Assembly (NCBI RefSeq): GCF_000092465.1
Contig: NC_014205.1
Coordinates: forward strand, 930,001-962,000
Source: Staphylothermus hellenicus DSM 12710
GTDB taxonomy: Archaea; Thermoproteota; Thermoprotei_A; Sulfolobales; Desulfurococcaceae
Length of the DNA stretch: 32,000 nucleotides
Direction of reading: 5' to 3'
Shown: piece after piece, positions 1 through 9,388 of the stretch
Layout: each line of letters starts with the position of its first letter
Numbering within the stretch: the first letter of the stretch is position 1
Made by a program: the position numbers and the translations under genes
The notes under the pieces: model-generated
Seen by the model: the letters and a program-made list of their open reading frames with translations, nothing else
The model's database searches: none
What the model was told of the DNA's origin: nothing

Positions 1-1
1 A

Positions 2-175
2 GCAGGTTTAACAATAAATCCTGGGGAACAGAAAACATTATACTTTTATCTAAGTACTGTGGAAAATGACTCGAATAGTCCTGTAAGCGATAAATTCTCT
101 AGTGGTGAGACTGTTAGTATTGTTATTCATACTGCTAGCGGTGGACAGTATCCAGCAACAGTAACACTACCATAA
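2..175 (+). CDS. pilin paralogue, C-terminal fragment (5' end outside window)
   Basis: Frame from nt 2 reads AGLTINPGEQKTLYFYLSTVENDSNSPVSDKFSSGETVSIVIHTASGGQYPATVTLP, with stop TAA at 173-175. The last ~24 aa are nearly identical to the C-terminus of the 2144..2602 pilin. Confidence 0.6.
   Translation, partial: AGLTINPGEQKTLYFYLSTVENDSNSPVSDKFSSGETVSIVIHTASGGQYPATVTLP
101..175. repeat. inverted repeat arm; partner is 2144..2218 (pilin 3' coding ends)
   Basis: Hand alignment of 101-175 against the reverse complement of 2144-2218 gives 65/75 identical, including a 31-nt perfect run (agactgttagtattgttattcatactgctag). Confidence 0.8.
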
Positions 176-593
176 GAAAGATAGAAGCTATTAAATAATT
201 TTTTCTCCAATATTTTTTCAGAGGGCTTTTCTTGAAAATATATTTGAGAGAAGCGTCTACGCATCGTTGTTTATGGTTGTATTGTTAATATGGTTTCTTG
301 TTAAGGGGACGTGGGGGATTGCGATTTTTGTTGATCTATGGAAACTCCCTGTTCTCATTGATCAATGATTAATTCTTAACCGTACATGCGCCCTCAATGA
401 ACTGTTTTTGCTGATGTCCTAGAGTCTTAATTGATGAGAGAATTAGGAGTTCATTTACATTTGTTATGGTTTGTTAGAAATCACTGATTTCCCGAATAGG
501 TACAATGATCAAGTATGTTGCAACCCCCATATCTATGGAGTGCTGGGATTTTATTGTGTTTTGAAGTGCTTTGTATTTTTCCTGTATATTTGA

Positions 594-2093
594 TTAAGCG
601 GTCTTTTGTTTTATGTGTTTTTGTATTTTTATGGTTAAGTATGCTGTGATGGTTGTTAATATGATTGTTGGGAGGGCTGAGAAGTGTATGATGTAGAAGC
701 TCCATAGGCTGTGGTTTCCTATTATGTATAGGGTTAGGTACATGGTCCATATGGAGTAATATGATAGTAGGAGTTTTCTAAGCTTATCTATTCTTATAGT
801 CCATGGCATAGTTATTATTCCTAGAATGAATCCACATAGGTAAACTATTGGTAAACCCATGCATTTCACTGGTTGATGATTTACTGGGTTTATCCATAAG
901 GTGAAAGATTGCCTGCCTAGAAGCCAGTCTATCGGTGAAGATGAAATTGATCCTATGCTTTTTGTCGATAAGTGCCAATGTATAGCATCTACTATGGATG
1001 CTTGGAACCATTTCTGGAACCCATAATAGTTTATGAAAGGAACCGAGAACAGTATTAATAGTAATGGGAACACTACATAGTATCTGAGCAACGTTCCGAA
1101 AGCGTGTCTTAACTTGTAAAGAATATCTCCTCTTTGAAAGAATCCCTCAATGAATTCAGCTGGTGCAATGAATAATCCAGAAAATTTTATAAGACCTGCT
1201 AAGCTGAACAGAACTGTTCTAGCCACACTGGTTTTGAGTGAAGTGTATGGATATTTTATGAATACATAAACACCAACAACTGTAAATACTGCTAGGAAGG
1301 GATCTAGCATCGCTAATACTCCAACAGTGTGGTATGTATTATCAAAATACATGATAATAGGTGTTATGAGAGACAATAAGACAGCATGTTTTCCTCTAAG
1401 GAAAACTCTGAGTATCTCATATGTTATGAGATATGAGAATGAATATATGAGAGCTGTTGAAACAATACTTGGAATCCTCCAAGAAGCCGGGTTATCGCCT
1501 AATAAAACAATAGATAGCATAATAAAATACTTACCTAGAGGAGGATGTTCAAGGTTAAAGTATTCATTAATACCCCCCTTATCAGGCAAAGCCCATCCAG
1601 GAATAACATCTAAAACACTATAATTTAACCTATTAAAATCCCTAACAACATCGTTGATGGAGCAATTCTTCTTTAGAGAAACATATACAGCATTCAAACC
1701 ACCAACATATAAGCTCCTAGTAAAACTACGATTATCCTTCACAACAGTAACCCTAGCAACAAGTGAACCCCTATATTCATCTTCAACAAGACTAAAACAT
1801 AGCTGACCAGAAACACCATTTAAAATAGATGTATTAAAAGGCTTATCCAATACAACAGTATATAATGAACCAGCAGAACTATTCACCCTAATAGAGTCGT
1901 AACCAAAAATCTTATACAAAATATTCCTAGCAGAAGAAACATACCAAACCTCATCAGAGACATAACAACTCTTAAAACCAAAACCACGAAACAACTCATA
2001 AAGATGTAAGGCATTATTAAAACCTATAAACATCACAAACATGAAAATAATCATAGAAACAACTATAGCCCAACAACCACTACTACAAGACAC
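594..2093 (-). CDS. GT-C fold polytopic membrane glycosyltransferase, PMT/GT39-like
   Basis: 499 aa with many hydrophobic segments. It has a DE motif in the first loop (VSDEVWYV) and an EHPPLGKY motif characteristic of protein O-mannosyltransferase-type GT-C enzymes. No WWDYG motif, so it is not AglB. Confidence 0.6.
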   Translation of the reverse strand: MSCSSGCWAIVVSMIIFMFVMFIGFNNALHLYELFRGFGFKSCYVSDEVWYVSSARNILYKIFGYDSIRVNSSAGSLYTVVLDKPFNTSILNGVSGQLCFSLVEDEYRGSLVARVTVVKDNRSFTRSLYVGGLNAVYVSLKKNCSINDVVRDFNRLNYSVLDVIPGWALPDKGGINEYFNLEHPPLGKYFIMLSIVLLGDNPASWRIPSIVSTALIYSFSYLITYEILRVFLRGKHAVLLSLITPIIMYFDNTYHTVGVLAMLDPFLAVFTVVGVYVFIKYPYTSLKTSVARTVLFSLAGLIKFSGLFIAPAEFIEGFFQRGDILYKLRHAFGTLLRYYVVFPLLLILFSVPFINYYGFQKWFQASIVDAIHWHLSTKSIGSISSSPIDWLLGRQSFTLWINPVNHQPVKCMGLPIVYLCGFILGIITMPWTIRIDKLRKLLLSYYSIWTMYLTLYIIGNHSLWSFYIIHFSALPTIILTTITAYLTIKIQKHIKQKTA

Positions 2094-2143
2094 AGCAACA
2101 ACACCAGGAAAGAATTGAATAAAAAAGAATTTATAATTAAACT

Positions 2144-2602
2144 CTAAGGCAACGTTATTGTAGCTGGATACTGCCCACCACTAGCAGTATGAATAACAAT
2201 ACTAACAGTCTGACCACTACTATATGTTCCAGAAGGTATATCAAACTGTATATCAGCACTGCCTCCTGCATTAATAGTAAATGAAAAACCAGTTGCCGGA
2301 GTTGTTATAGGTGCCTGATTATTAATGTTTACCGTCAAACTACTAGGACCTGCTTGACCGATCGGCTTATTATTTATGAATATATCATCTATTGTTGCTG
2401 GTTTTGTCCCTGTATTCTTAGCTGTTATATAAACAGTCCATGCACTACCTGATTTCGTTGCGTATGCGTTTACTATTTCTAGTTTTTCTACTCCTGTAAA
2501 ACTCGATGTTAATCCCGTTATCCACAGTGCTACAGCTATGCTGATGGCTATAGCTACTGCTACAATGATCACGGTTGCAATAACGGGAGATATAGCTTTC
2601 AT
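2144..2602 (-). CDS. archaeal type IV pilin (class III signal peptide), probable major subunit
   Basis: N-terminus MKA/ISPVIATVIIVAVAIAISIAVALWITG is the textbook archaeal pilin/flagellin-like N-terminal domain. The protein is small (152 aa) with a Ser/Thr/Gly-rich body. It has its own 111-bp AT-rich upstream region, with GGGTG 9 nt before the ATG. Confidence 0.85.
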   Translation of the reverse strand: MKAISPVIATVIIVAVAIAISIAVALWITGLTSSFTGVEKLEIVNAYATKSGSAWTVYITAKNTGTKPATIDDIFINNKPIGQAGPSSLTVNINNQAPITTPATGFSFTINAGGSADIQFDIPSGTYSSGQTVSIVIHTASGGQYPATITLP

Positions 2603-2713
2603 ATCGTTTACACCCTATTTATTCTTTTATCTATGCTATTATTATGGTGGTTTGGATTATAAATTGTTTTTTATGGTATATTGTTTTGTATATGAAGCTT
2701 ATATATAAATTAT

Positions 2714-4579
2714 TTATGTTAGCGGCGTTATTGGGCGGTTTTCGTCTCCATATATTCTTACCTGCATTACTCTGTAATAGTAGTTGTAGATGAATACTAG
2801 TTTGGTTGCTGAAGGTACTTTTACTCCATCAATGTTTGCAACTGATATTGTTGCCCATAGGAAATACATGTGGTTGCCATATACTGGTACAAGATTATCT
2901 ACTATGTCATAGTAGAGATCAATTGTTGCTATTCCCGATGTATAGCCGTATGGGAGTTTATAGTATGCATCCATTGTTCCATTTGCAAGATATAGTGTTT
3001 TTTCAGGTGTTAAATCCACATAGTCTAAACCACCACTTATAGTTCGGAGAGAGGGTAGTATTTGGAAAAGTATAGAGTATATTCTTATACCTAGCAACGT
3101 GTTCGGCTGCATATAGGAGTATTTCCTACCATTTATTATTAGGAAGGTGCCTAGCTTAAATGGTATCGTCATGTTTCTGAAACCATATGGATAAGCTGAA
3201 TCAAAAGACATAACATATGTTGCATTTATGCTTTTAACAAACTCCCTATACTCTCCATCCGGTGCTATTATAAAATATTTTATTTCAAACCCTATTGATC
3301 CCCTGCCATTAGATATATAGCCATTATTCCATAATGTAATATTGTAGAATGGCTTGAAATAAGTAATATTAATAGAGTATCCTTCACGTGTCTTACAAGA
3401 TATCCAGTTATAAATTACTTCTAAAACACTCCTCTTAAGAACAGATAATGCCGCCAAACTAGCATTATTCAGAGACTGCTTGAAATTATCGAGGGCTTGA
3501 TAATAATCGTAATCCGCTAAGTTACCAGCTCTAAAAACATATCTGTCCCCTCCAACAATGACATCGAATGTCTTAGAGATCAATAATTCACCGGTCTCAT
3601 CATATACGCTGATAACCCCGTTTCTAAAGATTAGATCAGGGAAAAAGACCTTTGCCTCACCAGAAGAGCCGGCAACCCCCTCATAACTATTTGTTCCATC
3701 AGAAACAACTACTCTCCACCCAGGATGTAAGCCTTCAACATAGATATATTTAGGATCCCTGTTAACAGATAATACAAGTTTATCTATTTCAACATGAGAA
3801 TAGCCTCCAACACCATAGTATAGTCTCTGAGTAGTTGACCCCCTATCATAAGTTATATTAGCCCAAACATTATTGATTTTATCAAACACGTCTAAGCTAA
3901 GTATTCCTGAAGTATAATCATAACCCCCATAATAAACATATGGAGCAGGTACCGATTCCGATAGTTGCCTCCACCATCTATAAGCTCCATTCCGATAATA
4001 TATTACCTCTAGCGTTTGAGAAGGAATATTATTGCCCAGGATATACATGTATCGTATGTAACTAAACAACAGGAAACGGCGGATGCGTATTTGAAACCAG
4101 TCAATATGCTGATCAGCCGTCCCCTTGTAAGCAACATATGCCTGATCATAAAACCTACCGCTTATAGGTATATCAATAATCGCTATGGCGAAATCATTAC
4201 TGCTTTCAAGCACTAAGACTTGTCTATTTGTATCAACATAATGATTATCCGCTATAAATACTAAATTAGATGTATCATCTGTTGAAAAATCCGAATAGTA
4301 TATTGCGCTTCTATCCTCGAGAGATAATGTATAGCTTATCTCATTATATATGGTGTCGAAAGATGAAATAAACTCTTTATAGGCTTTCGTACTAGCGTAT
4401 TTTAGTGCTACAAGATCTAATGTATCAAGTTCTTGATCTATAATGTCCCAGTCATTCTTAACCGTTCCTTTGCTGAGGGATCTGGTATATAGTGTAATCG
4501 ATGTAACATAGAATAAGCTAGCTATTATTAGACCTCCTAAAATAACTATAGCTATAACTATGGGTAGTTGAGCCTTCAC
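2714..4579 (-). CDS. giant pilin-like / N-terminally anchored surface protein (621 aa)
   Basis: GTG start overlaps the upstream stop (GTGA). N-terminus MKAQLPIVIAIVILGGLIIASLFYV fits a K-A/Q-L-P class III-like site plus a hydrophobic helix. The rest is Tyr/Asn/Ile/Thr-rich and poor in charge, with at least 7 N-x-S/T sequons. Confidence 0.6.
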   Translation of the reverse strand: MKAQLPIVIAIVILGGLIIASLFYVTSITLYTRSLSKGTVKNDWDIIDQELDTLDLVALKYASTKAYKEFISSFDTIYNEISYTLSLEDRSAIYYSDFSTDDTSNLVFIADNHYVDTNRQVLVLESSNDFAIAIIDIPISGRFYDQAYVAYKGTADQHIDWFQIRIRRFLLFSYIRYMYILGNNIPSQTLEVIYYRNGAYRWWRQLSESVPAPYVYYGGYDYTSGILSLDVFDKINNVWANITYDRGSTTQRLYYGVGGYSHVEIDKLVLSVNRDPKYIYVEGLHPGWRVVVSDGTNSYEGVAGSSGEAKVFFPDLIFRNGVISVYDETGELLISKTFDVIVGGDRYVFRAGNLADYDYYQALDNFKQSLNNASLAALSVLKRSVLEVIYNWISCKTREGYSINITYFKPFYNITLWNNGYISNGRGSIGFEIKYFIIAPDGEYREFVKSINATYVMSFDSAYPYGFRNMTIPFKLGTFLIINGRKYSYMQPNTLLGIRIYSILFQILPSLRTISGGLDYVDLTPEKTLYLANGTMDAYYKLPYGYTSGIATIDLYYDIVDNLVPVYGNHMYFLWATISVANIDGVKVPSATKLVFIYNYYYRVMQVRIYGDENRPITPLT

Positions 4580-4962
4580 CTAAACCCCACCCTTACATAG
4601 TATTTATAGAATAAACCATTATCATCAAGCCTAGAAATATTGAATTCATAGATTAAAGTAACATTTTGGTTCCGCGGAATAATTGAATAGTAATCAGTAC
4701 TTATAACTTGGCAATTAGTAATGTTGATAATAGTTATATTTACAACAACGTAGCTAGCCTCCAATTCATCTATGATTGTATATGCTAGTTCCCTAGCTGT
4801 CCAAGAAACTTTCGAGTATATGATCGAGTATACATCGTAGTTGCGTGTACGAATATTTATTGTTGTAGAATATGGAAATATGTTGATATAGTAGATAATA
4901 ACCAATAAGATCATAAGTATTGATGCTAGATATGCTGATATAACAATAGCTTGGGACTTCAT
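4576..4962 (-). CDS. small pilin-like protein (128 aa from the ATG; track ORF extends to GTG at 4980)
   Basis: ATG at 4962-4960 overlaps the upstream TGA (ATGA). N-terminus MKSQAIVISAYLASILMILLVIIYYI. Four N-x-S/T sequons. Confidence 0.6.
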   Translation of the reverse strand: MKSQAIVISAYLASILMILLVIIYYINIFPYSTTINIRTRNYDVYSIIYSKVSWTARELAYTIIDELEASYVVVNITIINITNCQVISTDYYSIIPRNQNVTLIYEFNISRLDDNGLFYKYYVRVGFR

Positions 4963-6107
4963 CCCTGAAACCTCCTCCACACAGTTATTATTATATCGTA
5001 ATTAACCATTCCTATTCTCGCAGTATATGTTGTCTCATATGTGACCCAGTTAGAAGGAGTTGGTTCACCAATTAATAGTTCGTGCGGATAAATTATAGCA
5101 TAGTATATTTTGCCATCAGCGTCTCTAAGAAATATAAATACTAAATTGTATATTGGGTATTGAATATCGAATGAATGGGAGCTTGTTTCTACTATAATAT
5201 CATAGAGTGTTGCAAGGCTCCCAGCATAATATTCGTATTCTATATAGTGAGTATCTTTTTCTACATAGTTCTGTAATCTATGTAAACGATAGGTTATTCC
5301 ATTAATTGTGGCTTGATCATAATAAGTAGCAACATATCTGGAAAGGTACTGTTTGTAATAACCATAACCTATATAATAATTAGAGCCTGATTGAAACCAT
5401 GTTAGATTAACTATAAAGTTACCAGTGACAATTGAGTAATTATAGAATTGTCCTTGTGTATAGTAAATTAAAACAGCATTTATAGCTTCTGAGCCGGATA
5501 CTGTATAATAGTTTGGTTGCGGAACTGTGTCGGGTACTGCTATGGTGATCTTGTTATTAACATTATAAGCGTATACTTCATATATGTTTTCCGAGACCCA
5601 GTATCCTATATATCTAGCAACTCCTGTTTCTAGAATGGCGGATACGGCAATTATATTTGTCCTAGAAGTGGTGATTGTGTAGAGAAATGTTCCGTTTGGT
5701 AAAGTGGTAGTTGGGTTATCTAATGTGTAATTACTATATGATAGATCATCGTAGACCACGCATACAGTTAGTTTTCCAGGACTTGTCGTGTATACTTGTA
5801 CATTGTTATCTTGAACATTTACTTTACTAATTCCCGAAGAAACTATTCTAACATTATATCCTATTTCTCTAGACAGGTTTAGTCTGGAAGAAATAGCTTT
5901 CGCGATATCAGTTATTTGGGGCGTGAAGTTTCCTTGGGAAGATATATTGTTTAATACATCTCTTATACCGCTTGACATGTATAGTAGGGTGCTACTCTCT
6001 ATTATGGGCGGGTTTGTTGTTGAAAAATCTGTAACAATAACGTCAAATATGGGTATGAAGGAAACTATTATTAAAGCTGCTAAAACATATTCTATGAGTT
6101 CTTTCAT
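4959..6107 (-). CDS. large pilin-like / N-terminally anchored surface protein (382 aa)
   Basis: ATGA overlap with the upstream gene. N-terminus MKELIEYVLAALIIVSFIPIFDVIV. Very Tyr-rich (e.g. YYIGYGYYKQYLSRYVATYY), with 7 sequons. Confidence 0.6.
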   Translation of the reverse strand: MKELIEYVLAALIIVSFIPIFDVIVTDFSTTNPPIIESSTLLYMSSGIRDVLNNISSQGNFTPQITDIAKAISSRLNLSREIGYNVRIVSSGISKVNVQDNNVQVYTTSPGKLTVCVVYDDLSYSNYTLDNPTTTLPNGTFLYTITTSRTNIIAVSAILETGVARYIGYWVSENIYEVYAYNVNNKITIAVPDTVPQPNYYTVSGSEAINAVLIYYTQGQFYNYSIVTGNFIVNLTWFQSGSNYYIGYGYYKQYLSRYVATYYDQATINGITYRLHRLQNYVEKDTHYIEYEYYAGSLATLYDIIVETSSHSFDIQYPIYNLVFIFLRDADGKIYYAIIYPHELLIGEPTPSNWVTYETTYTARIGMVNYDIIITVWRRFQG

Positions 6108-6613
6108 CTATATATTGCCCCCTTAACAACTATGTTCATAAATATATTATTGTCTAATACCTTAATGTCTAAGTAGGTAATTGTTGAACTACCAAATAAT
6201 ACGGGATCGTTTATCATATTTATAGTTATATAGCCACTTATTGTTTCTACTATTTTCTTCTCCACATGAATAGTATTATCCGGTGTAGTTATGACTACGT
6301 ATATTGAATTATCACTTGGTACATTGAATATTTTATATTGGGATCTTATAGCTGCTCCCGTACCTATTATTATATTGTATTGTTGCCCATACCCGGCTTG
6401 CGGTGGATACATTAGTCTTATTGATAAATTATTATGCCACATTAACGCATATAGTATCTGTGTGGAAATGGAATCAGCAACTCTCTTAAAGTTGTTGACT
6501 AGGTTATCGTTTTTCATTATGGTAACTGTGCTTGATACATGTAGTATTACGAATGCTAACACGATCACTAGTGTTAGGGTACCGATCATATGGATTATAG
6601 CGGGTGAAGCCAC
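6104..6613 (-). CDS. pilin-like / N-terminally anchored protein (169 aa)
   Basis: GTG start shares one nt with the upstream TAG. N-terminus MASPAIIHMIGTLTLVIVLAFVILHVSS (alternative ATG at codon 9). Confidence 0.55.
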   Translation of the reverse strand: MASPAIIHMIGTLTLVIVLAFVILHVSSTVTIMKNDNLVNNFKRVADSISTQILYALMWHNNLSIRLMYPPQAGYGQQYNIIIGTGAAIRSQYKIFNVPSDNSIYVVITTPDNTIHVEKKIVETISGYITINMINDPVLFGSSTITYLDIKVLDNNIFMNIVVKGAIYR

Positions 6614-7374
6614 TAGGTGATCACCACATATAATTGTTCAACGCTTAATAATAAGTTCACAGTATAGCCTTGAGTGAATATATGGGATGGCTCGTATGAT
6701 CGGATGGTTTCGCCCGTAGCACTGTTTATTTCTCTAATAACGAGCCCTTCAATATTGTTTATTTGCTTCTCCAGTGCTTTTCCTCCCGGTACAAACATTA
6801 TTGTTCTCGGGCCGGATACATATCTTGGTCTTAGCTGTAAATAATATATCCTAATATATATCTCCGTATGTGTTCCGTCGGTGACATTGTATATGTGGAT
6901 GTAGAATCTGGATGTGTTAAAGTTTATAGTTGATGCCCCCTCTTGATAGTATTCCCATATTGTTGGTATGAAGGCTATATCGTTTACTGTTAGGTTGTTG
7001 ACGCCATAGATGATCTTGTTGCTTGTGACCACTACATTGGATGATCTAATCTCGATAGCTGATGGCGAATCATCAACAATTATATTTTTCCACCCGGAAC
7101 TTGTGAGGACATCGACTTCATAAACTATATTTTCACGGACATTATATCCTACTCCTACAGTTCCCTTTGGAACAGATATTGAAATACTTGTTCCCTTAAT
7201 TATTTCTGGGACTGACGCGGCTATATTGATCATTGATGATTTCATATATCCATACTCTGATACCTGCATGGATGTTGTTAATGAATTGATCGCTATATAG
7301 AATATCATTATACTTACCATTATGATTACAGAGGATATTATAACTGTAGATATTGCTTCGCTAATCCCCTTCAA
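6613..7374 (-). CDS. pilin-like protein with class III-type signal (253 aa)
   Basis: TTG start is preceded by GGGTG, 10 nt after the platform-gene stop. N-terminus MKG/ISEAISTVIISSVIIMVSIMIFYIAI. Confidence 0.65.
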   Translation of the reverse strand: MKGISEAISTVIISSVIIMVSIMIFYIAINSLTTSMQVSEYGYMKSSMINIAASVPEIIKGTSISISVPKGTVGVGYNVRENIVYEVDVLTSSGWKNIIVDDSPSAIEIRSSNVVVTSNKIIYGVNNLTVNDIAFIPTIWEYYQEGASTINFNTSRFYIHIYNVTDGTHTEIYIRIYYLQLRPRYVSGPRTIMFVPGGKALEKQINNIEGLVIREINSATGETIRSYEPSHIFTQGYTVNLLLSVEQLYVVIT

Positions 7375-7384
7375 TTCTACACCC

Positions 7385-9160
7385 TCACGTAACCGGCTGG
7401 GTTACTCCTCCAAGCATTGTGGTGAGCAGCGGTGATGCTAGGAAGAATATGAGTGTGAAGAATGTTAGTAGGATGGCGTGTTTGAATCCCGCAGCCACCG
7501 ATCCTGATGATACTTTACCGGCTACAAGACCCATTAAATAGGTGTTGATAACTATTGCTGGCAATGTTGTTGAGGCTGCTTGAATATATGATCCGCCAGC
7601 ACCGAATTGTAGTGATCCCATGAATACTGCTAGCATTATTACTGTTGCCGCCGTAAGTATTCCACCCATGTATGGAACTATTAGGAGGGTTCTAAGATTC
7701 TTCTTTTTCTCATCCTCAATAGCATCTACGCTTTCAGCAAACCATGCTAGGTGCTCCATTATCTCAACACTTCCACCGCCAACCTCGATCGTGTCTGTTA
7801 ATACGAATAATAATACTTTTGCTCTCCAAACAATTATTTTCTTGAATAGTTCCTGGATTATCCTAGATAATGGTATTCCAAGGCTTAGTTGGAGAGCTAT
7901 CTTTCTTAAATACTTTGTGAATACGCCATAGTTTCTACGTGAAAGCTCAATAATGCTTCTCTCCGGAGACAATCCTGTCTTACGTATCTCTACTAGGTCT
8001 CTGAGAAACCTTGTTATACCTGTTATTACTTTGTATTCTCTACTAATTATTTCCGTATAGATCGTTGTTGGCAGGGTGGCTATGATTAATATCATTGATA
8101 AAGCTACTGAGGAATAAGTATATGCTGGAAGATTAAATATCTTAGCCGGGTATACTAGGAAATCATATGTTTCACTAACCAGTATATTGCTTCTAAAAGG
8201 ATGGCCAGGCGGTAGAATTGCTGGGAACAACATGCCGAAGAATACGAGGAAGAATGATAGGGGAAGAGTTAATCCTCCAAACATTATATATGGGCGATAA
8301 TCAATCCATGGCTCCTTATACTGGGTTACATCTGTTAAATAAATAATCATGCCCGAAATCATAGGGATCAATATGTAGAGGACAAGGAATAAGCTAGCAG
8401 GCGATAATCCGAATGGAACTGCTGATACAAAAGATACAGTTACAAAATACATAACCGCCAAACTAATCAAGGATAATAGGACTAGCGCCAAATATGCTTC
8501 TAGGAGACCCGCTAATCTATCAGCTATAATCTTCATTCTAACAATTAGTTCAGAAAACAATAACCTAGCTTTCTTATTCAAATAATCAGCTACATCCCCA
8601 CCTGCCCTAACAGTTGTTACATAACCCATTAATAGATCCCTTGCTGTTGGACTAGGTGTTCTCTGAGCTAACATGCTGAAAGCTGTTAACGGATCCCTCC
8701 CTAGAACCCTTACCAATAATATGAATCTCTGGCTAAGCTCTGCTGTCTTAGTAAATACTTTGCTTGCATGAGTAATTCTCTCAAAAGCAACGTAGGGCGA
8801 TAAACCACTCATAACCATCATGCTTAGATAAGCAGTTGTATATGGGAACTCGCCCTCTATCCCGCCGGCTCTACTACTCCCTATGAGAGCTGGTAGATAA
8901 GCTAGAAAAATATATGCGAGAAAAGGTATGGGGACCAGGAAAGGTATGATAATATACATTTTCATTGCTGCGAATAATATTGTTAAAACAACTGTTACAC
9001 CACTAATCAATATAGACATAAACGCCATAAAAGAAGCATATACTTCGGGATACAGATGCATCCCGCTCCTACGTATATCGCTTGATAAGTTCGGATACAT
9101 TCTAAGAATATACTTGCCTAAACCCTCAAAATACCTATAAACCCAATCCCAAAAGGACAT
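7385..9160 (-). CDS. type IV pilus platform membrane protein (TadC/FlaJ/T2SS-F family)
   Basis: 591 aa polytopic protein with a duplicated architecture. It has two cytoplasmic helical segments (..ELSQRFILLVRVLGRDPLTAF.. and ..FLRDLVEIRKTGLSPERSIIEL..) between blocks of TM helices. It is adjacent and divergent to the secretion ATPase. Confidence 0.85.
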   Translation of the reverse strand: MSFWDWVYRYFEGLGKYILRMYPNLSSDIRRSGMHLYPEVYASFMAFMSILISGVTVVLTILFAAMKMYIIIPFLVPIPFLAYIFLAYLPALIGSSRAGGIEGEFPYTTAYLSMMVMSGLSPYVAFERITHASKVFTKTAELSQRFILLVRVLGRDPLTAFSMLAQRTPSPTARDLLMGYVTTVRAGGDVADYLNKKARLLFSELIVRMKIIADRLAGLLEAYLALVLLSLISLAVMYFVTVSFVSAVPFGLSPASLFLVLYILIPMISGMIIYLTDVTQYKEPWIDYRPYIMFGGLTLPLSFFLVFFGMLFPAILPPGHPFRSNILVSETYDFLVYPAKIFNLPAYTYSSVALSMILIIATLPTTIYTEIISREYKVITGITRFLRDLVEIRKTGLSPERSIIELSRRNYGVFTKYLRKIALQLSLGIPLSRIIQELFKKIIVWRAKVLLFVLTDTIEVGGGSVEIMEHLAWFAESVDAIEDEKKKNLRTLLIVPYMGGILTAATVIMLAVFMGSLQFGAGGSYIQAASTTLPAIVINTYLMGLVAGKVSSGSVAAGFKHAILLTFFTLIFFLASPLLTTMLGGVTQPVT

Positions 9161-9388
9161 ATGTAACCCCTAGTATTCATAGTTAGTATTCCTTAATATA
9201 TAGTTTCCTTTAGACTCAAATATATTTATCAATCCATACATATAATGGGTTCTTACATAACTATGTGAACACTGCAATATTAAAAATATTAGAATCTTAA
9301 GAAATAATTATTTAACAGAGAGTATATAATATGTTTACCAGTTATATAGGTATATGCCGAGCTTTGATTTGGAGAGTGTATTTGAACA
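9161..9388. promoter_or_regulatory. divergent promoter region between the platform operon and the ATPase gene
   Basis: 228-bp very AT-rich spacer between divergently oriented start codons. Individual TATA/BRE elements were not assigned. Confidence 0.4.

Noticed and set aside
355-490. Possible box C/D sRNAs (AATGATTA..GCTGATG at about 362-415; TTGATGAG..CACTGATT at about 432-488)
   Set aside because: The C boxes deviate from RUGAUGA. No convincing internal D'/C' pair sits at the expected spacing, and there are no terminal stem complements. In AT-rich DNA such partial matches arise by chance.
481-1011. ORFs 481..750 (89 aa) and 784..1011 (75 aa)
   Set aside because: Both are alternative frames on the same (minus) strand over the 3' part of the long, well-supported 594..2093 membrane-protein gene or its downstream spacer. 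Their His/Asn/Lys-rich, low-complexity composition is typical of out-of-frame AT-rich sequence.
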